Virus record (IMG/VR): IMGVR_UViG_3300033120_001036
Location: 792 to 64,791 of that record
From: a virus
Length of the DNA stretch: 64,000 bases
Strand: one strand, 5' to 3'
This document shows positions 42,072 through 51,248 of the stretch, piece by piece; position 1 is the first letter of the stretch; every line of letters begins with the position of its first letter. The notes under the pieces are model-generated. The model did no database searches. It was not told the origin of the DNA and saw only the letters and a list, made by a program, of their open reading frames with translations. Position numbers and translations under genes: made by a program.

Positions 42072-42662
42072 TTATTTCTTGCAAATATAATAAAATTTCT
42101 CATTCTCGTTTTGAGAATTGAAATCTCCTATAATTCTAGATTTAACGAATGTTTCTTCAAGATATTCTGATGTAGTAATTAGATAGTTATCGTATGCTTG
42201 AGATTTCGTAAAAATTTCACAATTTCCCTTTATTAATGCAGCCGGTTCCCAGTTTTGTTTACTTAGAACGTCACTTATTCTCTCGTATAAATTGGGGAAA
42301 GCTAAATCAATCGTCTCAATTTCATTCAGATATAAGAATTTGTATTCAGCATGTTCTTCATAATCCAATACTATTTGAGGCAAATCTGATTCAATTCTTG
42401 CGATAAAATAGTGACTTATAGATTCACCATCTTCGTTGAAATAAGTTATACACCAATTATTGTTCTTTGCAGTAACTAATAAAGCTGTTTCTTCTGCCAA
42501 TTCTCTCATGGCCCCAAAATACAAACCTTTGTCGTTTTCAGGCTCATATTTTCCACCTGGTAAAGTCCATTGCCCTGGTTTGAAATCATCATGATCAGAC
42601 CTTCTCATCATTAAGATCTGATTGTTTTGATTAACTACTATAGTATCTACGTATTGTTGCAT
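42072..42662 (-). CDS. Nudix hydrolase
   Basis: WTLPGG.....AMRELAEET Nudix box; C-terminal tail with LIKG, FTKS and FVKS. Confidence 0.9.
   Translation of the reverse strand: MQQYVDTIVVNQNNQILMMRRSDHDDFKPGQWTLPGGKYEPENDKGLYFGAMRELAEETALLVTAKNNNWCITYFNEDGESISHYFIARIESDLPQIVLDYEEHAEYKFLYLNEIETIDLAFPNLYERISDVLSKQNWEPAALIKGNCEIFTKSQAYDNYLITTSEYLEETFVKSRIIGDFNSQNENEKFYYICKK
42082..42089 (-). promoter_or_regulatory. -7 promoter box TATATTTG for the protease-capsid operon
   Basis: Consensus match 22 nt upstream of 42059. Confidence 0.55.
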
Positions 42663-42671
42663 AATTCTTAA

Positions 42672-44555
42672 TTAATTCATTTCATTTAAGTAATCATTAA
42701 ACGCTCGACTATTTTTTATTTTTAATGTTGATTTATTTCTTTCTATAAAATCAGCTATGTTAATAGTGCCATGTGTACCTAATTTAGGTACATTTTTCTT
42801 CCATTCGCTCTGCTCTGTGTCAGTTTTTATTTTGTTCCATTTTTCAAAATCACTATTTATAATATCTACATAGGGATTTTTTGTGGTATTTTCAATTACG
42901 CTTTTAGAATCATCCTCTTTACTTGTCTCACTTGATTTAGAGCTTTTATCTTCACCATGAACTTCCAAATGATCTGGATCTAATTCGTGTTCTTCACCAT
43001 CTTCATCTTTTACTTTTGTAAAAGTTGGTTGAGAAATTAAACCAGAATTTACGTGTCCAGTAACTGTTAATTTTTTGCCTTTCAAGTGTGATAAACTAAT
43101 GAGGTTTACATCTTTACCTAACGTAACGTTTTCACCAACCTTATGTTTTTCTTCTTTCTTCTCACCCTTATTTGTTTCACTTTTTGTTGCTTTACCAACT
43201 TCACGCTCATGTCTTCCTACATGTTCTTTATGATGATCTATATGGTGTTGCTCCGCTGGTTTACTATGAGCTTCTGATATTTTTCCATCATAAACTTTTC
43301 CTTGACCACCTTCATTAACATAAACCCAACCTTCAGAGTGTTTTACATATTTTTTACCACCATACATTCTTACTTCACCAACTGTTGCTCTTTTACCACC
43401 TTTCTCAAGAATGTCTCCCTCTTGATCTTCATCTTTCCCAGTTAATGCTTTGAAGATATTGTCCAACTCATCAAATTTTTCACTAAATAGTGATTTTTTG
43501 ATTGTATCTTTTTTGGAAAGAGATTGAACTTCTTTGTGTGATAATTTTACTTTAAAATCAGCTTTATTGTTAAAATAATAATCTGCGTCTTCTGGTTTCT
43601 CTTCTTCACTACCATGAATTTTATGCGAATATTTTATTTCACCATGTTTTGGGTGATTAAATGTGTCACCTTGTTTTAAACCTTCATTAGACTCTTTTAG
43701 TTTTTTAGTAAAGTCTGATTTTTCTTTATCTGTCTTCAAAGAATGATATTTGTCTAAATTAGCATTTCTTTCCGCAGTAGTTTTACCCCAATCTAAATTG
43801 TTCATTTCAACTTTTTCCACACCCAACCCAACTTCTTCATCAGAGTGTTCTTTGTCTGAGAGTTTACTAGATTGTTCTCTATGATATTTTTCTCTGTATT
43901 TTTCAGCATAAATTCTATCATCTTCTAATTTATCTGAGTATGGTTTTAGTCTAACTGTATTGTTTTCATGTTCATACGACTTATCTTTGTGTTCTCTATT
44001 TGTTAAACCTCCTCGACTTACCTCTAACCACTTTCCATTTGGTTGTTTCTTGTAGTTCTTTCCGTTCCAATTTCTTGTTTCACCAACCATGGCTGATTTG
44101 CCTTTCTCTAAAGTGTCTTCACCATTTTTTATAGTCTGATCTAATTTATCATTCATTGCTTTACTATGAAGTTCAGCCATAGAAGAATGGTGTTGAGATT
44201 TCTCTTTAGACTCATTTGAAAGTTCAGTTAATCTCTTGTTGTGATCAAAGCCTTTATTATCCTTCTCTCCAGCACCATATTTTTTTGAACCTTCTAAATA
44301 ATGTTTTTCATTATCTTTTTGATTCTTTGCTTCTTTCATGTGAGCTGTCATTGCGTCACTATGATCTTCATGGGTGAAATCTTTAGAAGTATGAAGTGAA
44401 TTAGCATAAATAGGTTTTCCAGATTTAGTATGACCGATTACTTGGCCACCTTTTGAGCCTTCACCACCTTTTTCTAAACTATCTAAACCATAAGTTTCAG
44501 ATAGACCAGTGATTAAGTTTGGGTTTATTATTCTTCCGTATTTATCTGTTGCCAT
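42672..44555 (-). CDS. Modular His/Lys-rich putative head-cargo polyprotein
   Basis: Leader, three LEKG sites plus IKKS and IFKA sites; each LEKG is followed by a repeated module. Confidence 0.75.
   Translation of the reverse strand: MATDKYGRIINPNLITGLSETYGLDSLEKGGEGSKGGQVIGHTKSGKPIYANSLHTSKDFTHEDHSDAMTAHMKEAKNQKDNEKHYLEGSKKYGAGEKDNKGFDHNKRLTELSNESKEKSQHHSSMAELHSKAMNDKLDQTIKNGEDTLEKGKSAMVGETRNWNGKNYKKQPNGKWLEVSRGGLTNREHKDKSYEHENNTVRLKPYSDKLEDDRIYAEKYREKYHREQSSKLSDKEHSDEEVGLGVEKVEMNNLDWGKTTAERNANLDKYHSLKTDKEKSDFTKKLKESNEGLKQGDTFNHPKHGEIKYSHKIHGSEEEKPEDADYYFNNKADFKVKLSHKEVQSLSKKDTIKKSLFSEKFDELDNIFKALTGKDEDQEGDILEKGGKRATVGEVRMYGGKKYVKHSEGWVYVNEGGQGKVYDGKISEAHSKPAEQHHIDHHKEHVGRHEREVGKATKSETNKGEKKEEKHKVGENVTLGKDVNLISLSHLKGKKLTVTGHVNSGLISQPTFTKVKDEDGEEHELDPDHLEVHGEDKSSKSSETSKEDDSKSVIENTTKNPYVDIINSDFEKWNKIKTDTEQSEWKKNVPKLGTHGTINIADFIERNKSTLKIKNSRAFNDYLNEMN
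43819..44126. repeat. Dispersed duplication, copy 2 (blocks 43819-43865 and 44022-44126)
   Basis: Matches 32206-32252 and 32391-32495. Confidence 0.9.
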
Positions 44556-44583
44556 TTTAAATGATATTTTGAATTATTATTTG

Positions 44584-44610
44584 CAAATATAATATTTCCT
44601 TTCTTAAGAA
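44584..44610 (-). promoter_or_regulatory. Promoter (TATATTTG) with TTCTTAAGAA palindrome
   Basis: -7 box at 44584-44591 and palindrome at 44601-44610. Confidence 0.7.
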
Positions 44611-44647
44611 AAAACTTTTTTAACGATTATTTTTCAAAACAGACAAA

Positions 44648-45580
44648 TTAAACCCAATACTCTTTTCCATCAATTAATGCTCTAATTTTCTTTCTTATAA
44701 CTTTAGGTTGGTAATTTTCAGGCAATTTAAACATTTTTTGTTCATCGTCCCACTCATCACCTAATCTTAAATGTCTCAAACCACACCTACAATACAGATG
44801 AGTTGATCCTATAACTGGTTTCCAGTCTTCAACTTTCTTTCCAATGTTTGTTCCATTCTCTCTAAGTTCTTTTAAAAAGAAAATTTTAGGTTCGCTTCCA
44901 ATTCCTTTTGTTAAATACAATCTAACGCAGTGTTTGCAAGCTTTTTCTTGAACTACCTTGTAAACTCTTGGATTCTCTTCTAATCTTTCAATCCAAGCAG
45001 CTTTACCTAACTCATAAGCTGATTGGCATTCATATTGTACTATTCTGTCAAAATCTCTATTCCAATCACCAGTTAAATGTCCAAGATCTGAAGCTATTTG
45101 TCCAAATGTTTTCTTTTCATCCATTCCTTGAGTTACAGATCCTCTCAAAATGTCCATTTGTTGCGTCAGACTTTCGCTCTTAACTCTTGAATTTATATCA
45201 TTGTATATTTTACCATTAAGGTTTTTTATGCTTCCTAGAAATCGTATTTTGGATTCTTCAATGGTTAATCTCTCAAGTTCTGTAAGTGGTATATATTTCT
45301 TTTGACTAACAAATTCTTTAAAACTGTCAAATGTCAAAACTTTATCTAGATCTTTCTCTTGGATTCTTATTGATTCTGCTACTAAACCAAGGTAAAATTG
45401 TGTTCTTATAGGATCTTCACTTTCTGTGTATAGTTTTTCTATATCAAAACCTTTTCTTTCAAGTAGTATTTTTTCTTCTTCAGTTAAAAAGTTTGCTCCT
45501 AAATGAGACGCAATGAAAATACTTTGACTATTTTTTACAATAGAAAGTATATCTTCAATTTGTTCATCGTTTAGAGTCAT
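44648..45580 (-). CDS. MuF / SPP1 gp7-like minor head protein
   Basis: DWNRDFDRIV..E, ACKHCVRLY and HLYCRC motifs. Confidence 0.85.
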   Translation of the reverse strand: MTLNDEQIEDILSIVKNSQSIFIASHLGANFLTEEEKILLERKGFDIEKLYTESEDPIRTQFYLGLVAESIRIQEKDLDKVLTFDSFKEFVSQKKYIPLTELERLTIEESKIRFLGSIKNLNGKIYNDINSRVKSESLTQQMDILRGSVTQGMDEKKTFGQIASDLGHLTGDWNRDFDRIVQYECQSAYELGKAAWIERLEENPRVYKVVQEKACKHCVRLYLTKGIGSEPKIFFLKELRENGTNIGKKVEDWKPVIGSTHLYCRCGLRHLRLGDEWDDEQKMFKLPENYQPKVIRKKIRALIDGKEYWV

Positions 45581-45589
45581 TTTGATTTA

Positions 45590-46060
45590 TTAAAAAAGGT
45601 TTCTAGATGCACTCATGTGTTTATCAGAATTATCACCATGTTTATTGGCTTTTTCATAATGTGAATCATTATTGCTTGTGTTGTATTTACCCATATAGTG
45701 ATCTACTTTTTCTGAATGTAAGTCTGCTGCTTCTCTATGGTCTGTGCCACTAAAATTTTTATGACTTGGGTGGTTGTAAGAGTCATAAATGGGTTTTCCA
45801 CTTCTAGTATGTCCAATAACTTTTCCACCCTTAGATCCCTCTCCACCTTTCTCTAGCTTATCAAAAATATTATCTAACTCTTCAAATTTTTCACTGAATA
45901 GTGATTTTTTTAGATTGTCTGAACCAACTCTACTTTGAGCTTCACTTAATAAAGCTTTAAAGTCGTCATTTTCAGTATTGTCATCTTGAATGTAAGAAAG
46001 TAATTCTTTTATTATTTCTTGAGTTGTTAAATCTTTCATAATTTTATTAGATAATTCCAA
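45590..46060 (-). CDS. Putative head-cargo protein (KKSLFSEKF linker, LEKG, GGEGSKGG module)
   Basis: Shares two blocks with ORF 42672-44555. Confidence 0.7.
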   Translation of the reverse strand: MELSNKIMKDLTTQEIIKELLSYIQDDNTENDDFKALLSEAQSRVGSDNLKKSLFSEKFEELDNIFDKLEKGGEGSKGGKVIGHTRSGKPIYDSYNHPSHKNFSGTDHREAADLHSEKVDHYMGKYNTSNNDSHYEKANKHGDNSDKHMSASRNLF

Positions 46061-47273
46061 GCTCTTGGAACATAAATGCTATTAATTTTCTCTTATCGTA
46101 TTTTCCAGTTTCTTCTCTCTGTTCAGCAGCTTCTTGGATTACTTTAGCCAATGTCCTAGTATTCATTTGAGAAGTTTGAGCATATTCTTTGATGTCTCTC
46201 AATGTATCTAAAGCAGCTTCTTTGTCTTCTTCAGTCACATTCATTTTCTTACCTTGATAATCTCTAGGTACAACTCCAGATTTTATACTAGATAATCTTT
46301 GTAGAGTCTCATCCATATTCATAGATAGATCTATAGATGAAGCTCTTGATTCTGTAATTGGTCTAGCATCAGCATACCCACCTTCACCTGAAAGTTCTTT
46401 TTTACTTAAGTTTGTTATGAAAACCATTCTACCAGCAAATTTAAATCTTGATGGTACAAAATCTCCTTTGTCTTTTTCAGTTTCCTTTAATGGAGCAGCC
46501 CATTGAACTCTTCCTTCACCACTAGAATCTAATGCACCCTTAAGTACATTTACAATATCTTTATTTTCCCACATTGAATCACAGTCATCAAAAACTATAA
46601 TCTTATCTCTATGTTCATACATAGCTCTTTGTATAACTTGAGATCCAGTTTTTCCTGTTAATACAACGTAGTCATATTGTGGAACTACTTGGGGTGTATC
46701 GTCATCTTCTGCATTTTCTTCAGCTTCTTCTAAAACATCATCATAGTTGCGCATGCCTTCTTCTTTTGCAACCTTTTCAAAAGTATAAGTTTTACCAATA
46801 CCACCTGTCCCATAAGCCATAACTGCTTTAGGTGTTCCTTTTTTAATTAATCTCTTTAATCTAGTTTCATAAGCATCCCATTTGTCGTCTGTTGTGAAAC
46901 CATATTTAGCTAATAATTCTTCTTTTAATTTTGATTGAGCATCGTATGCTGCTTTTTTACCATATTTCTCAGCTATTTCATGTATAGCTAATTTTTGAAC
47001 TTCTGGTGAAGATAGATCTGTAGTTGATGTTGATGTAGTTGTATCTTCTGTTTTTACATGAGTTTTACTAACTTCATCTTGTTTTTTATTTCTATCACCA
47101 GCATGTTCCCAATACCAACCGTTTGGACCCTTAATTTCATACTTACCATTTGCCCTTAAGACTCTTGTTCCTATTGGTGTTGCTGGTTTACCTTTTTTTA
47201 GAATATCTAAACCGTAAGTTTCAGCCATGCCTTTTAATAAATCTGGGCTCACGTATTCACTTTGAAGATTCAT
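46047..47273 (-). CDS. AAA-family ATPase with cargo-type N-terminal leader
   Basis: Walker A GTGGIGKT, Walker B IVFDDCD, FITN; leader PDLLKGMAETYGLDILKKG. Confidence 0.8.
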   Translation of the reverse strand: MNLQSEYVSPDLLKGMAETYGLDILKKGKPATPIGTRVLRANGKYEIKGPNGWYWEHAGDRNKKQDEVSKTHVKTEDTTTSTSTTDLSSPEVQKLAIHEIAEKYGKKAAYDAQSKLKEELLAKYGFTTDDKWDAYETRLKRLIKKGTPKAVMAYGTGGIGKTYTFEKVAKEEGMRNYDDVLEEAEENAEDDDTPQVVPQYDYVVLTGKTGSQVIQRAMYEHRDKIIVFDDCDSMWENKDIVNVLKGALDSSGEGRVQWAAPLKETEKDKGDFVPSRFKFAGRMVFITNLSKKELSGEGGYADARPITESRASSIDLSMNMDETLQRLSSIKSGVVPRDYQGKKMNVTEEDKEAALDTLRDIKEYAQTSQMNTRTLAKVIQEAAEQREETGKYDKRKLIAFMFQELGII

Positions 47274-47520
47274 CTTTTAAACTTTTTAAAATTTTACCAA
47301 TGCTTAAATTTAACGAATGTGAAAAACTAGCCTTGAATCTATTTTCTAAAATAGGAATCAACTTTAACTCTGGAACCTCTTTATATGTTTCAGCTAAATT
47401 TCTTTTTATTAATTGTTGTGATTTCAATCCTTTTGAAAGATCATATTCCCATATTCCATCTTTAGCGTTGAATTTTGCAGAATGACCTATATTTAATACT
47501 GATCCGTCTTTTGCTATCAT
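47257..47520 (-). CDS. Hypothetical protein
   Basis: 87 aa, coupled to both neighbours; contains LSKG. Confidence 0.6.
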   Translation of the reverse strand: MIAKDGSVLNIGHSAKFNAKDGIWEYDLSKGLKSQQLIKRNLAETYKEVPELKLIPILENRFKASFSHSLNLSIGKILKSLKDESSK

Positions 47521-47840
47521 TATAAAAAGTCTTTTAATATCCCCATATATTTTGCTCCAGCGCCTAAACCAAAACCAATTGCTAAAGCTATTATTATGAC
47601 TTTATAGATGTCTATTTTTCTTTCTAGTTTATTGTAATTACTTTGAAGCTCCATATAGCCTCTTATAACTTTCTCAACCTCATCTTCTAATAATTGTATT
47701 TTTCTAACCATACCACCTTCTTTGGCTATATCGTCACCAATAAGAGCTACCAATATTTTGTCAACTTTTGTGTTCACATCAAATATTTGTTTTTTCATAA
47801 ATCCAAACTCCTTTTTCTCATCAGGTGTCATCTCATTCAT
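47520..47840 (-). CDS. Coiled-coil protein with C-terminal transmembrane helix
   Basis: Heptad region followed by VIIIALAIGFGLGAG. Confidence 0.65.
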   Translation of the reverse strand: MNEMTPDEKKEFGFMKKQIFDVNTKVDKILVALIGDDIAKEGGMVRKIQLLEDEVEKVIRGYMELQSNYNKLERKIDIYKVIIIALAIGFGLGAGAKYMGILKDFL

Positions 47841-47843
47841 TTT

Positions 47844-49496
47844 TTACAATTTAGAAATATAGTCATTAAAATTATTTACAAAAGGATTTGCTTCTAAACC
47901 TTTTTTAACGTCTTCTTCTACTGCATCTGTATTTTGCTGATCGCCCATTTGCATCATTTGATTTTGTTGAAATAAAGAAATATAAGAAGGGTTCATCGGC
48001 ATGTCTCCAAATTCTAGTGGATCTAGATCTCTTTTTGCTCTTATTTCATTTAATTTAGCGAAACTATTAACTGCCTTTATGTCGTTGTCTAACTCAACTT
48101 GTTCTGTTGTAGAATCTAAACCAACAAATTTTAGCTCGTACCCTGGGTGTAATTGAGATACTACATACTTATTTAACCAGAATTCTATTTGTTTCAATAA
48201 AGGAGTCAAACCTTTTTCTTTAGAGTACTGAAGTTTATATTCACCACTTGCATTTCCAAGACCACCACCACCTCCATCAGTGTTCCCATCTAAATGGAAA
48301 CCAAATTCAGTTGGATCTATTGTGTAAACTGCAGAACAAATTTTAATTAAAAATTCTTGGTACTTACTATACTCCATGTCTCTATTAGATTCATGCGTAG
48401 AAATCCAATCTATTTTGTCTGCGTTTACTATAGGTGTTTTATGCATATTCTCAACACCAGCCATTTGAGCTTGCCATTGACCTCTAAAGTCTTCAAGCGT
48501 ATTCATGTTGATGTTTCCAGAATACCTTAACAAACCTCTTGGATTAGATCCAACCTTAAAGAAATTTGAATTGTATTGATCTGAGTTAAGTAATGCAGTT
48601 ACTGTTTTTATTAAATCTTCAAGCTCTGAATTACCATATCCATTCGTAAGAATATCAGTAGACTGGTTTCTTACACCCATACATAATTCCCATGGGTAGA
48701 ATTGTGCTTCTACTTTAGAATGAATAACTTGAGCATATTGTGGTAAATATCCTTGAATCGTTAAATCGTCCAACTGTTTTTCGCTTAAATGAGAATAATC
48801 TGCCATTCTCATTGTAGCTCCATCCACTGCAAAAAATTCAACAGGTTGTCCCATTTTATTTCTTACAACTTCAAAACATGCTTGATCTAAGGTTAATGAA
48901 TCATCTGTAAGTAATCTTAAAAAGTTTTCGAATGTAGATGCATGCCAAATATTTTGACGAGTACCACAATCTAATATAAATTGAGTTATATAATCTATTT
49001 GTTTTTCTTCTTGAGCTGAAAGTTTTGTTTCTTTTGTTCCATTTCTAGATTTCTGAATCTTTTGAATTACAAAACCAGTTGAGTATTTATCTTTCTGTGG
49101 TTGCGCAAAAGATGCTATCTGGTTCTTTCTTGTTTTTATAATGGCATTAACTATATGTGTCTTACTCATCTTACGTAAGATGTCATAAGAAAGCGTATAG
49201 TATTTGTCTTTATAACCGTTTCCAGATCTTAAATCAAGTGGATCTATTAATAATGATTTACCAGCACCATCTTCTCTTTTCTGAATTGAGTTTATATATT
49301 TTCTTGCAGAATAGATTTTATTGATGTCGTCTGATTGAAGTGCTTTCTTGAGATTAATCTCTTTTTGAAGACTTAGAAGATGAATCTGACTATCAATATC
49401 ATTCATTGAAGAATTTAAATCTATTATTTTTGGCGCTCCAATTATATTTGGAGACACAATAGATTTAATTAATTTCTTATCTCTTCTTTTACTCAC
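47844..49496 (-). CDS. Portal protein
   Basis: DSLTLDQ..FE, VDGAT, GYG.SELE, RDMEY and NEIRA..DLDP motifs; GTG start. Confidence 0.93.
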   Translation of the reverse strand: MSKRRDKKLIKSIVSPNIIGAPKIIDLNSSMNDIDSQIHLLSLQKEINLKKALQSDDINKIYSARKYINSIQKREDGAGKSLLIDPLDLRSGNGYKDKYYTLSYDILRKMSKTHIVNAIIKTRKNQIASFAQPQKDKYSTGFVIQKIQKSRNGTKETKLSAQEEKQIDYITQFILDCGTRQNIWHASTFENFLRLLTDDSLTLDQACFEVVRNKMGQPVEFFAVDGATMRMADYSHLSEKQLDDLTIQGYLPQYAQVIHSKVEAQFYPWELCMGVRNQSTDILTNGYGNSELEDLIKTVTALLNSDQYNSNFFKVGSNPRGLLRYSGNINMNTLEDFRGQWQAQMAGVENMHKTPIVNADKIDWISTHESNRDMEYSKYQEFLIKICSAVYTIDPTEFGFHLDGNTDGGGGGLGNASGEYKLQYSKEKGLTPLLKQIEFWLNKYVVSQLHPGYELKFVGLDSTTEQVELDNDIKAVNSFAKLNEIRAKRDLDPLEFGDMPMNPSYISLFQQNQMMQMGDQQNTDAVEEDVKKGLEANPFVNNFNDYISKL

Positions 49497-49518
49497 TTAT
49501 CGATATTGTATATTAGTA

Positions 49519-49526
49519 CAAATATA
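49519..49526 (-). promoter_or_regulatory. -7 promoter box TATATTTG upstream of portal
   Basis: Consensus match in the intergenic gap. Confidence 0.55.
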
Positions 49527-49531
49527 ATAAA

Positions 49532-50212
49532 TTAAAGAGGAAAATTTTTGCGTATCTTTCTAGTATTAGTTTCTCCAACAGTAGATTTTCCAGAGTTTCT
49601 AGTTCTTAATCCATGTTCTATGAATATATCTGCTGTTGCATGAACGTCTGCCATGGCTCTGTGTGCATCAAACAATTCTACACCAAATGCTGCAGCTACA
49701 GTTCCAAGTTTATTATTTATTAAGTCTTTATTATTTCCAAGAGAAAGATATGATAATCTTTGAGTGTCAAATACAAATGGAATGAATTCTCCCTTAGGAG
49801 TTTTGAATCCATCAAAATATTTAGATAAATCTGTTTTGTGGAGTTCTGCTTGAGTAAATAAAAATCCAAGGTCAAAACCAATATTATGACCAACTATAAT
49901 TGGTTTCCATTTTGCACCCTTAGATGTTTGAGAAGTGTAAACAAAATCTAAAAATTCTTTCCAAACTATCTTACACTCCTTTCCTTCTTTCTCACACTTT
50001 TCCTTTGTGATGCCAGTTGCTTCAGCAGCATCCTTATTATAAATCAATTTATCATCGTATGGTTTTACTAATGATGTGTATTCACCTATCTTTTTGAAAT
50101 CAAATAAATCTATTGCAAGAGATCCAATTTCAGTTATTGGATTTTTGTCAAAATATAAACCTCCAGTTTCAAAATCTATTACTATGCAGGTTGATCTTTT
50201 ATGTAGTTCCAT
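49532..50212 (-). CDS. DEDDh 3'-5' exonuclease (DnaQ/epsilon-like)
   Basis: IDFETGG, GHNIGFD, FDT and HRAMADV motifs. Confidence 0.92.
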   Translation of the reverse strand: MELHKRSTCIVIDFETGGLYFDKNPITEIGSLAIDLFDFKKIGEYTSLVKPYDDKLIYNKDAAEATGITKEKCEKEGKECKIVWKEFLDFVYTSQTSKGAKWKPIIVGHNIGFDLGFLFTQAELHKTDLSKYFDGFKTPKGEFIPFVFDTQRLSYLSLGNNKDLINNKLGTVAAAFGVELFDAHRAMADVHATADIFIEHGLRTRNSGKSTVGETNTRKIRKNFPL

Positions 50213-50228
50213 CTATTTTTTGTTTTTG

Positions 50229-50266
50229 CAAAAGTAAAATCTTATTTTCTTAAGAAAATAAGATTT
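50229..50266 (-). promoter_or_regulatory. Promoter (TACTTTTG) with perfect 30-bp palindrome centred on TTCTTAAGAA
   Basis: aaatcttattttcttaagaaaataagattt at 50237-50266 is its own reverse complement. Confidence 0.75.
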
Positions 50267-50514
50267 CAAGCTAATTCTATAAAATATGTATATCTATTCC
50301 CAGTACCCACATAATAACCACTTAACTTTGTATCTATTTTTGTAAGTAGAAATTTTATTCCATTTATCTTGAAGTGATCTTTATTTAAATGATTGTGCAT
50401 AAATTTACCGCCAAACTCTCTTTCTAAATCAGCTATTAATTCATTAGCTCGATATGGGTATTGAAACATTAAGTACTTAAACTCATATTTTATCTTTGAG
50501 GATTTTTTCTGCAT
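50266..50514 (-). CDS. Hypothetical protein
   Basis: 82-aa ORF in a minus-strand gene string. Confidence 0.55.
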   Translation of the reverse strand: MQKKSSKIKYEFKYLMFQYPYRANELIADLEREFGGKFMHNHLNKDHFKINGIKFLLTKIDTKLSGYYVGTGNRYTYFIELA

Positions 50515-50827
50515 CTATCTTTACCTTTTCAATATCTAGGTTTATAACTGTTTTGTATTTTTCCCAATTCTCTTTCTTCATTAATTTTGGAAATGGGCAC
50601 TTCTGACCATCCTTATCTACCATCCATCTTTCTGGTAAATCACAATTACAGTCTTTGCACTCTCCATTGTTTTCTATTAAACAAGATTTTCCACAAATAG
50701 TGGCTCTATAAAGAAATTGCTCCTCTAAATCTTCATCTATGTTGTGAAGTAATTTGAATTTTAAATATCTTGCGTTTCCAATTAAAAATGCTTTAGCATT
50801 GCTTGGAGTTATATCTTTTAGTTTCAT
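50483..50827 (-). CDS. Cys-rich hypothetical protein
   Basis: CGKSC..CKDCNC...CP cluster. Confidence 0.7.
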   Translation of the reverse strand: MKLKDITPSNAKAFLIGNARYLKFKLLHNIDEDLEEQFLYRATICGKSCLIENNGECKDCNCDLPERWMVDKDGQKCPFPKLMKKENWEKYKTVINLDIEKVKIDAEKILKDKI

Positions 50828-51219
50828 TTTACTATTCTGCGATTGTCGTATTCCTTACCCCATTCCATCATTCTTTTGTAGAACTCATCTTTTCTAACTT
50901 TATCGTCTTTAAATTTATTGGAGTTTAAATAGATAGTACATAAAGCTTTTACCTCTTCTAACATTGAAGAGAACGTATGTATAGTTCTTTCAGATTGAGT
51001 TTCTTGGTGTATTAATGAAACATTCTCTATTGTTACAATAACAAATTCTGGATATTGTTCCTTATGACTATTTACTATGTTTGCTAGAAATGAATTAAAC
51101 TCCTCTAAATGAAATGTGTCAAATTCATATTCTGTACCTTTAGTTTCAGACCATAATTTAGCTCCATCTCCGTCACCCCCATCAGTAAATACTATCTTGT
51201 AAGAATAAAAATTTTTCAT
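50824..51219 (-). CDS. Hypothetical protein
   Basis: 131-aa ORF with an ATGA overlap to the next gene. Confidence 0.7.
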   Translation of the reverse strand: MKNFYSYKIVFTDGGDGDGAKLWSETKGTEYEFDTFHLEEFNSFLANIVNSHKEQYPEFVIVTIENVSLIHQETQSERTIHTFSSMLEEVKALCTIYLNSNKFKDDKVRKDEFYKRMMEWGKEYDNRRIVK

Positions 51220-51248
51220 AATTCAATTTGTTTATTTTATAAATTAAA

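Noticed and set aside
32206-44126. Diversity-generating retroelement TR/VR pair
   Set aside because: Both copies are coding, differences are mostly synonymous and not adenine-specific, and no reverse transcriptase is in the window.
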